From NCBI GenBank assembly GCA_965235115.1, contig OZ249438.1, positions 30,504,001-30,568,000 of the forward strand: a stretch of 64,000 bases of DNA, read 5' to 3'. Below, piece by piece: positions 51,242 to 61,225 of the stretch (position 1 is the first letter of the stretch; every line of letters begins with the position of its first letter). Origin of the DNA: Laetmonice hystrix. Its lineage: Eukaryota. The position numbers and the translations under genes are program-made. The notes beneath the pieces were generated by a model, which was not told the DNA's origin, did no database searches, and worked only from the letters and a program-made list of their open reading frames with translations.

Positions 51242-51258
51242 GTAAGGTTCTACCCTCT

Positions 51259-51360
51259 GCTCAGTGACAGATATACTGTATGATTTACTGATGCTCAGTG
51301 ACAGATATACTGTATGATTTACTGATGCTCACTGACAGATATACTGTATGATTTACTGAT
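51259..51360. repeat. Tandem repeat, 34 bp x 3
   Basis: GCTCA(G/C)TGACAGATATACTGTATGATTTACTGAT starting at 51259, 51293, 51327. Confidence 0.96.
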
Positions 51361-52800
51361 ACCTTCATGATGTACCATTGGTGGCCTGACAGAACGTATT
51401 ATTATAGAAACATTGATGAGAAAATATATTTCATTTCCGTTTATCGATGATGTGTTGATCAAATGGACGTACTTAGTTCTAATATTAATCCCAAACTGAA
51501 GTCTTTTTAGCGGGCTCAAATAATACAAGCTGTGTAGACCTCGAGTCATGTTTCCATTCGCAGTATAGTAATTAAAGAATATAATTATAGCAGTGTTTAA
51601 TTGATTGATTGATGAGACCCAGCTGGGCGGCGAGGGGGTGGGATAAATAAGATGGGTTCTCGGGGAGGGGGGAGTTGGCACTGTAATCTAACGGCAGCTC
51701 TTTTGGCTTCCGATATCAGCTGAACCGGCACCAGCATGCCCTTGTCACTGGGTGGCGCCACGGGTCTGTCAACCCAAGGTGATGACACTGACCCTGACCT
51801 TGACCCTACACGACATTTGTCATGGAGATAGGGAAGCTAAGACAGGACTGGTCATAACTGAGAGAGGGGAACGGGTAGTGGTTATATTGATTATTATCAA
51901 CCATTGATAGCCTAATGTTTAGGGAGGACTAAAAGAAGGTTTCATTTGCGATGCAGCTGGCTGCTTCTTCTTGCTACTTTCTGAGTTACCAGAAAGAGAT
52001 TCAGGGGTCCACTAGGTCAGAACACCCCATAGCTAGCCCCCCCCCCCCAGCTCAACTTCATGAGTTTCCCCAGGTTTACCCTACCATTTTACCCCCTACC
52101 ACGACCACCCCCTTGGTCTGTCAGAAATTATCTGGCCCTCCCAGAGGTTGGAATACTCAGTGAGGGTAATCTGTCTGCACACACCAGGAGGTCGGAGGCA
52201 CAAACTCGACTCATCCATTGATTTCAACATTCGTTCAGGACAGGAAGTCTGGACATTTTGAAAGAGCGGACCTGGTTGGTCAGAGCATAGACGTCTATGG
52301 TCCGAGGTAGAGTGGGTCGAACCAACTAGGCTGGATGTCACTTCAGGACAGCTTGCTATGACGACCTTACCGTTACCTTCAGATATCTGCTATCATCATA
52401 CAGGCTATCGTGGAATCTGTCACCACCTGCCTTTACCCTTCGGCCTTGACCCCGGACCTTGACCCATTGAACTGACCCCTGACCTATGACCTTATGACCC
52501 TGGGGCTCTGACATAACCCCACTTTTCCCTGGGTATAAGGGGCAAGCGGCTGAGCAAACTGCACAAGCTGTTGGCACGTGGCGGTCGTGCCCCAGCCCCT
52601 GCCCCACACCCCGCTCCACACCCTCTAACAGACCCAGCCACCCGTCTCCACCTGCAGACCGCCATTAATTTGTTTACGTGGCAAATTCTTAATTTGAAAA
52701 TGAACGGAGAATAAGGAAGTGGTCGGTTGTAGACGCATAATGTTGTTTGTGTCTAGTACATACATTGTGGGTATACAGCCGTCGACTGTCAGGACGGCAT

Positions 52801-52988
52801 NNNNNNNNNNNNNNNNNNNNNNNNNNNNNNNNNNNNNNNNNNNNNNNNNNNNNNNNNNNNNNNNNNNNNNNNNNNNNNNNNNNNNNNNNNNNNNNNNNNN
52901 NNNNNNNNNNNNNNNNNNNNNNNNNNNNNNNNNNNNNNNNNNNNNNNNNNNNNNNNNNNNNNNNNNNNNNNNNNNNNNNNNNNNNNNN
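52801..52988. other. Assembly gap (188 N)
   Basis: Run of N; the X-containing ORFs in the track are artefacts of it. Confidence 1.
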
Positions 52989-53037
52989 GTCTGTCTGTCT
53001 GACTGACTGACTGACTGACTGACTGACTGACTGACTG
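52989..53037. repeat. (GTCT)n(GACT)n tetranucleotide microsatellite abutting the gap
   Basis: GTCTGTCTGTCT followed by about 9 GACT units. Confidence 0.95.
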
Positions 53038-53114
53038 AGTCGGGAAGTTAGGCCTACCATCCAGCACAGGCAGGCTGACCACCACAAGGAATTTCCTGCT
53101 ACTGAGGGTGATTG

Positions 53115-54030
53115 CCAGTGGGATGAGGAGGAGAATGGCCCCAGTTTCTATGGTGTGGGTGATAAGGAGGTTCTTAGACCAGTGGGATGAGGAGGAGAAT
53201 GGCCCCAGTTTGTATGGTGTGGGTGATCAGGAGGTTCTGAGACCAGCTGGATGAGGTGGCGAATGGCCCCAGTTTGTATGGTGTGGGTGATAAGGAGGTT
53301 CTGAGACCGGTGGGATGAGGAGGAGAATGGCCCCAGTTTGTATGGTGTGGGTGATCAGGAGGTTCTGAGACCAGCTGGATGAGGTGGCGAATGGCCCCAG
53401 TTTGTATGGTGTGGGTGATAAGGAGGTTCTGAGACCGGTGGGATGAGGAGGAGAATGGCCCCAGTTTGTATGGTGGGGTGATAAGGAGGTTCTGAGACCG
53501 GTGGGATGAGGTGGGGAATGGCCCCAGTTTGTATGGTGTGGGTGATAAGGAGGTTCTGAGACCGGTGGGATGAGGAGGAGAATGGCCCCAGTTTGTATGG
53601 TGTGGGTGATAAGGAGGTTCTGAGACCGGTGGGATGAGGAGGAGAATGGCCCCAGTTTCTATGGTGTGGGTGATAAGGAGGTTCTGAGACCGGGAGTCCC
53701 AATTTCAGGTTATCCCCTATCAGATTACGGGGGGGGGGGGGGGGGGGGGGGGTAACCTGAAGTTAACTTCAACTTCAACCCCGTTAATCTGAAGTTGGTT
53801 TCAAAAAGCCCCTCGGTTAGGGTAAGTTTATGGTTAGGTCTATTAAATTAACGCGCTAAACACTTTTTATCCGAAGTTTATTTATATAACTTGAAACTGG
53901 GGGGGGGGGGGGGGGATTTGAAGTTAACTTCAGATTACCGGGGGGGGGGGGGGGTAATCTGTTACACCGGTGGGATGAGGTGGAGAATGGCCCCAGTATG
54001 GTGCCGATCAGGATGATCCTGGATCCGATG
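53115..54030. repeat. Minisatellite, 64 bp x 9 plus an interrupted 10th copy and a degenerate tail
   Basis: CCGGTGGGATGAGGAGGAGAATGGCCCCAGTTTGTATGGTGTGGGTGATAAGGAGGTTCTGAGA; starts 53115, 53179, 53243, 53307, 53371, 53435, 53498, 53562, 53626, 53690; resumes at 53967. Confidence 0.97.
53694..53966. mobile_element. 273-bp non-autonomous element inserted at CCGG
   Basis: Interrupts array unit 10 with CCGG on both sides (53690-53693, 53967-53970). Two CAGATTAC-Gn-GTAA(C/T)CTG hairpins, two GAAGTTAACTTC palindromes, internal GGTTAGG motifs; ends ...CTGTTACA. Confidence 0.8.
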
Positions 54031-54443
54031 AGAATGGATCCTGTTTGTGTAGTGTTTATGATAAGGATGTTCTAAGACGGCGGGGTGAGACGGAGAGCTG
54101 TCATCCCCCGGCCGGCCGGCCAGCTAGCCGACCACCAGGTGCTGTCACCAGGTGTGGTCGGTGGGTCACGTACGTACCTGGATGAAGGTGATTGACAGCT
54201 GGAGTGATGATAAGCTCAGTAAATCCCGGTCAGAGTGGCTTGGCGTACTCCATCAGGCCCGAGTAGTGTGCCATATGGTCAGCTGTCCACACCCGCCTAC
54301 CTCACCTTACGTCACCATGGAGATCAAAGTTACTACCACCAGCAGACGTCAGGAGACTGTTGGCGTCCAGGTATACGGTGGAGTTGTAAAGACATCCACG
54401 ACCGTCGTCTTGTTTGACAGAATATTGAGACCAAAAGTCCCGG

Positions 54444-55163
54444 CAGGAGGTTGGCATTGAGATTCCTGTCCAACATCATGATCATTGGTCCGTTTGATCC
54501 TTCTAGAACCCAGGATGTTGGCATTGAGATTCCTGTCCAACATCATGATCATTGGTCCGTTTGATCCTTCTAGAACCCAGGATGTTGGCATTGAGATTCC
54601 TGTCCAACATCATGATCATTGGTCCGTTTGATCCTTCTAGAACCCAGGATGTTGGCATTGAGATTCCTGTCCAACATCATGATCATTGGTCCGTTTGGTC
54701 CTTCTAGAACCCAGGATGTTGGCATTGAGATTCCTGTCCAACATCATGATCATTGGTCCGTTTGGTCCTTCTAGAACCCAGGATGTTGGCATTGAGATTC
54801 CTGTCCAACATCATGATCATTGGTCCGTTTGATCCTTCTAGAACCCAGGATGTTGGCATTGAGATTCCTGTCCAACATCATGATCATTGGTCCGTTTGAT
54901 CCTTCTAGTTCTAGAACCCAGGATGTTGGCATTGAGATTCCTGTACAACGTCATGATCATTGGTCCGTTTGATCCTTCTAGAACCCAGGATGTTGGCATT
55001 GAGATTCCTGTCCAACATCATGATCATTGGTCCGTTTGGTCCTTCTAGAACCCAGGATGTTGGCATTGAGATTCCTGTCCAACATCATGATCATTGGTCC
55101 GTTTGGTCCTTCTAGAACCCAGGATGTTGGCATTGAGATTCCTGTCCAACATCATGATCATTG
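54444..55163. repeat. Minisatellite, 67 bp x about 10.7
   Basis: CAGGATGTTGGCATTGAGATTCCTGTCCAACATCATGATCATTGGTCCGTTTG(A/G)TCCTTCTAGAACC; one 73-bp unit has TTCTAG duplicated (about 54903-54914). Confidence 0.98.
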
Positions 55164-56959
55164 AACCATCTGATCCTTCAAGAACCCTCTGAGACCGTTA
55201 CAGATACCTTACTGTTATCAGAGTTTATTGTTAACAGAGTCTTGGCGACCCTCGAGATTGAGGCCTGCAGTAAAATACAAACAGCGAGTTCCTTGCTTGA
55301 CGTATTTTTTGACGCGCCTTGCTTTGATTGGTATCACCAAAACCATATTTACCAGCCTAGGCTAGTGAATCACACTTAATCTTCAATCCAATATGGCTAA
55401 CAGGGTAATTATCTTTGAACTCATGATGGTGTAAAGGATATCATGAAAGTGCTCAAACAAAAACAAGTTTTTATGCAGGTCTGGCTCACTTCCACTTATC
55501 GCTCTACCATTATTGTATTAGATTTCAGGATGTTTTTCGTAGATTGAGGGATAATGTCTCCCATACCTGTATTTTTACCCACTCCAAACTTATTTACGAT
55601 CATGAAAGATGGAAGAATTCTCGAAGTTCGATTAAAATGGCCTTGAAATGTCTTCGCAGTTTTTCTGCGAATTGAATAGCAGAAAATGTTTCCATACGTT
55701 TCAAAAAATAATACAGTGAAAAAAGTCGATGGGTGGAAAACGGCACTGTAAGAATCAAGAAAACACGCATGTTCGCCTGTAAAAGTTCGATATAATGTTA
55801 TTAGGCTTAAGAATAGATTAATTTCGCATTTGACCCAACAGTGCGATCAATTTCAACACTGCTCTAAAAGGTCCATGGTGCCTGATGCACGTTGGTGACG
55901 TAATGGACGCCAGAAAAAGTTCAATTAAGGGACTATTAAGATTGGTTTAATTGGTTTAATGTTTGCCGGTCGAGTGCCCAGAGCTGAGGGTCTCATTACC
56001 GGGCTGCGAATTGTTACCTCGAGTCCTAGGACTAGAAAAAAAGGGCAACTGAAAAAAAGGGCGAAATGTCAACAGCCAGACGTTGGTTGAGCGCCTTCCC
56101 AGGGTGACGCCCCCGTCCAATTTGGCTGGTCCCACAGCATTTAAATAAACCATTCAACCAGTTGACCTACTTTGTTTCTAATCCTAGAATACTACTGCAC
56201 GGAAAATCAAATGTCAATTGGGCGGCCACGCATCTTTATTTTTTAAGTCATTACAAAATGTTCAAATGTCCCGATTGGATTTAGTTGGTTTTGGGAGCAT
56301 TCAGTTGTCTAAGTTAGGTAATAAATAGTGTGGTACTTGGTGAAATAAAGGGTCAGACAACACTTTCAGACACGATGATTAATTATAAACTAACTTTGAA
56401 AGGACGTTTTAGTGGTAACTTGAGGCCGCGGAGAGAAACGCTAACCTAACACAGATAGACAAAATCAAAGATTGGGTATGAAGCTCTAAGTGGGTCAAGA
56501 TATTCACTGCCAAATGGACCCGACTGGTTTATTGCATATATTATATCAAGTATCTGATCATCAAAAGATGAGGAAAGAAAAGAGTCCACGCCCCTGTCTG
56601 CTGTCAGCGCCTCTCGTTCGATTTCTCAAACAGTACGTACTGTATGTATTCAAAATGCAGAAAGTATTGTCATGCAATCACTGCCTTTCTAGAAACATGA
56701 AAGGCTCATAGATTGATAATTAATGAAGATCAGATCACATGCAGTTCTTTTTCGTGTTCACGTGAGGTGGCATAAATGGCATACTCATCATGGCATTTTT
56801 ATTGATATGGCAAATATAGACAACCTTGACCTTTGACCTTCACGTCTCAGTAGGTGAGGCGGTGGAGGCCTTTGTTTGCATGTTATTCTTTCGAGTCAAA
56901 CGGGCACGGAATTATGACTAAGATTAAAACTTCTCATTTCGTTATGCTCTGTGTGTGAA

Positions 56960-57120
56960 CTGTAAAACTGTTTTTATTACCTTCAAGCGAAATATCATAA
57001 AGTTAACACATTGAATGTGAGGGGTGGTGGATAGTTGGTAATCTTTGCCTGATACTGGTGGTGTGAAAGTCCTCAATGTCAAATTGGTGGAGAACAAGGG
57101 CAGGTGTGCAGAGAGGCATG
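56960..57120 (+). mobile_element. Decayed CR1-type LINE 3' tail
   Basis: 57021-57053 reads GVVDSW*SLPD versus the canonical CR1 RVVDSWNSLPD; the Asn position is replaced by a stop codon. Confidence 0.55.
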
Positions 57121-59092
57121 GGCTGCACGTGGCGGAATTGTATACAGTTTGGAAATTGATAAAATTTCATTGATTTCCAATACAAATTTAACCTGTGGCA
57201 TTGTCTGGTTTACATTAGGCATTTAGGTGTAAAAGGTGATACAGGGGCAACCTCATAAATATTCTTTTACCTGGTTGCTGGGGGGCAAGGGTATTGTGGA
57301 CTTTAATTTACATTTGAAAAAACATTTGTTCGTTTTCTTTTCATTAGCGTCTGCGCCAGTGCACTGAAACAGGGGAAAGAGGGCACGAGGTCGGGTGTTG
57401 TGTCATAAGTGTACAGTTCTCCCTTGTCATCTTATGCATAAGTCATGAGCAGCAAGTCGGGCGGGACGGGAGAGTGGGGTTTCCGATGCGGGACAGCTCG
57501 TAGATTGTACCCGTCCACCCAGCCTTAACCGTGAGCGTTGAACGTTTCAATGGAAGCATGCATTCCATTTTCCCTTTCCCCTTTTTCGAAGTGCTTTCCG
57601 TTTTAACTACGAAGACATTAAATATCCAATTAAAACACGGCACGTAGAGTTTTCGAAGGGGAGAACTTAAAAAAAAGATAATACCATATTAGTATAATTA
57701 ATGTAGATGGCTGCTTACATTAGATGAAGTGATAGATCAGCAAAGACTCGTGTGATGTAAGTCTAACACGAAAATACGAAGCAGAACAGAATTCTGACAT
57801 AGTAGCGGAACGAAATCCTACAGACTGTGACCGTAGAGTGATTTATGACTGTTGTGGTTGGCAGAAACCGTTGTAAGTGTCAGTAACCGTTGTGTGGCAG
57901 GTGCCCTTTATGCAAAAGGGGGAAAGGGCTCTTTATTGAGTGTTTTCAGATCATTCCATCAATTTTCACTTTTATTAAAACCAGTTACCAAAACAAAAAA
58001 GAGGACCTCCGTAAAGAATAGAAAGTCGCAGATGTTTCTCGAAACAGAACAAGTTTTAAGCTGCGCTCTTGATAAAATAACCTTGGTAACGGGGGCATGT
58101 ACAAATTTAGAATTTAGGAAAAGCTTTTATAACGGTCATATTTAATTATGAGTAGTATCGTACCATTTCTTTTGATAGGCTGAGTATATTTTACTTTATT
58201 TATATGCAGACAAAGGAAAAGGATTGGTATGATCCGTGTGGTATTAGATATCAAAAATGAATGGGGGAAAATGTGGTAGTACATTGTGAAGAATACCGAG
58301 TAGGGATGGGTGACATTCATGTAATGTTGCTGAATTAGTATCCTGAGATGTCCCGTTCTGTTTGTCGATTTGTGTGTGTGAGATGTTCCCTTACTGCCCA
58401 TACCCCTGGACACCGGTGGACCGTGCACGACTCCCGTCATGCTGGGAAACTATTCCGTTCATGTTGTGAAGTCTTGTGTTGTGACTACTTACCTGGACAG
58501 TAACCCCACAGGTTGACGTCTTCTTAATCACCAATAGATCATAGCGCAGTTGTCAACGAGACAGGTCAATCGTCCCTGACCCACCCCGACCTGAGTGATG
58601 TACTCGTCCATTTAGATCGTTTCTCCCTCAATAAAGACGCTGACAAATCCAGGCATTTGTTGATTTTCGTGCCCTGGACCTGTCGGAAAGGGACCCTTGT
58701 TAGAAAATACAAAGAGAAACATATATTTGCTTGGGTGTTGTGCGAGGCCACGAATCTCAGTTCGTGCAGTTTCCAATAATGGGTGTTGGTTAAATATTCA
58801 ATTAGGGAACATTTATGTGGGAACCCGGTGCAGGCCACACCTATACCCAGGCGTATTAAGGTGCTCCTGGGTTCTGTGTTGTACTAACTTTGGATTTAGA
58901 TACGGCAGTTATCACTGTTATAATGATACTGAGGGGAGATGAGTGGGTTGAGGATTATGAGTATATCTGTGTCCGTCCTTCCGCAGTGATTCTATGATCC
59001 ACAGCATCAGGACAATACGCCTCCTACCATACCGATGGTGATAAGAATAGTTTAGGCAGAGAGAACTTCAGGTAAAGACGTATCTCTGTCTG

Positions 59093-59183
59093 AGTCCCAC
59101 AGGTCTCTACCGCAAGCTGTCCCCTTGGGACAATATCAGTCCCACAGGTCTCTACCGCAAGCTGTCCCCTTGGGACAATATCA
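59093..59183. repeat. Tandem duplication, 45 bp x 2 identical
   Basis: AGTCCCACAGGTCTCTACCGCAAGCTGTCCCCTTGGGACAATATC starting at 59093 and 59138. Confidence 0.95.
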
Positions 59184-60717
59184 AAGTTCGTTCGGAGAAC
59201 ATTAGTAATTTTGTAAGAGTGCTAGTAACTTAATGGTTTCAATGTTGAATCTGGTGAATATAGGTTTGCGACCCGGCTACACAGACGTACCTAAAACAGT
59301 ATTTATCATGAGATTTGTAGCGGGGTAGATATCGGTAAGAGGAGTTCAAGGTGTGAGCCCGGTTTGAGCACTCTAGTCGAAAGGTGCAAAGGTTTGGATT
59401 AATGATCAAAGATAGCAAATTCTCATCAAGCCAGGTGAGTTGCCACCGATACCCTGTCATTATGACGGTTCCAGAGTGAGAGTACACACCTGTGCTGGTC
59501 AGTTGTTACCTGTCCGGTCTAAGTGTGGGAGGGACAGTGGTAGAAGGATGAATAGAACCGACTAAATCAAAGTGGTGTCTGACCCACGTGGCGGGATGGG
59601 TGGAGGTCCGGTCCCCTATAACGTACCCATTGTGACTGCCACAGCAGTGGGAGGGGCCTGGCTATCGCCGGCTACTCAGATACAGTATTCATTGACCCGG
59701 CCTAAGTACCTGCTTCTCAATGAAACCTAAACAGTGTCCTTAAAATGAAAGAATTGTGAGTGTTACAGAGAAGAGAGGGCCATCATTTAGTGCCTGGATT
59801 CTGATGTAGATAGGGGGTGGTTTGGCTGGAGGGCTCAGGAGCTACTCAAAAAGTGCATAGACGCCCCCCTACATCCACTGTGGGCTGCTGAGAATGGTTT
59901 CTTCAAGGGCCCTCAGGACAATTTGGAGTATCGGTCACTTGTGGTTACTTTAGAGGACAATAGGAAGAGAGTCCATTGCGAGAGTTGAGAGATCGTTATA
60001 ATCGCCTGACTGCGTGGCCACCTACTGGTGGAGGAATTGCCAGACAGGACGGCCAACGGTCAGACAGACAGGAGGTCGGGGATATACCTGGGAACCGGGG
60101 TGGACAGTGGTCAGCCGGTCCAACACTGTTCTTACGGTCCGACAAGTATGGAGAGTCAGGTCCGACAGGTCCACTCGATAACCCGCCGTGATCCAGTCTT
60201 AGCCAGACGCCACCCCTAGCGCCATCTGTCAGCCGCATAGTTAACTAACTGTGGCACCGACAGAAAAACCTGTTGATTTGGATTCGTGTTTTCATTATCA
60301 GGTCCCTCACACCTGCCCGGCTAGCTTACCTCTGGTACTCGCTCTACCACAACACACTCAGTTCCCACACCGACACCTCCAGTCATACATATGTTGGTGT
60401 TTGAAGTAGTGGTCATCAAATGCTTACCAGTAAATATGGACATGAGGGTGTTCTTGAGGGGAACGGGTGTGGGGTCAAAATGACGTTGAACTTTGAATAC
60501 ATTCAACTTTCTAAACTTCATAACAGACGTATGGCTTGACCATAAGTTGATAAGGTGAAGGACTTGACGTCAATACCAGTTTGTTTACTGTCCCTTCCCC
60601 TTACTCCCAACTACAGGAAGCATTGTGACGAACATTCAGAGACCATTGTGGGCATTCAGTTAAATGTGACAATCAACAAGTTCTTGTCATTCAATAAACA
60701 ACGAGGATACACCCACA

Positions 60718-60954
60718 CGTCTCGCCCACCAGTGCTTACATTCTCATCAAATCGTTATACTCATAGTTGTCTTCAGGTCTTCATGAACGCGTGCTACATG
60801 ATAATTAATGTTAGTCTTTGATTGGACATGGATCGTCTCGCCCACCAGTGCTTACATTCTCATCGAATCGTTATACTCATAGTTGTCTTCAGGTCTTCAT
60901 GAACGCGTGCTACATGATAATTAATGTTAGTCTTTGATTGGACATGGATCGTCG
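60718..60954. repeat. Tandem duplication, 116 bp x 2
   Basis: CGTCTCGCCCACCAGTGC...GGACATGGAT starting at 60718 and 60834; one mismatch (TCAAAT/TCGAAT); CGTC microhomology at the junction. Confidence 0.96.
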
Positions 60955-61225
60955 TGTGGTAAAGTTAGTGATATTAATTATAGCCAGTGGTCAGATTGGC
61001 TGATGTGGGAATCCTTTCTAAGGATGTTAAACCACAGAATACCCGGCGTCGATTGTCGCCTTTGTTGTTGGTTGATGGTTCTGTTGTTTGTCAGCGGTCA
61101 GACGTAATCCCCCCCCCCCCCGTACCTCCCCACCACCCTCATATCCCCCCCCCCACCCCGTCCGCTGGCCTCCTTGTCACATGGCGTTGTTTGCCCTGAA
61201 CCATCCGAGCCTGTTTACCTACTCC

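Noticed and set aside
50685-51267. Pro/Gly-rich ORFs of 107-181 aa
   Set aside because: By-products of G/C runs inside the MITE-like element.
52689-53087. ORFs containing X runs
   Set aside because: Artefacts of the 188-N assembly gap.
58528-58779. 83-codon stop-to-stop frame absent from the ORF track (..HPDLSDVLVHLDRFSLNKDADK..)
   Set aside because: No recognisable motif or good splice sites; frames of this length are expected by chance.
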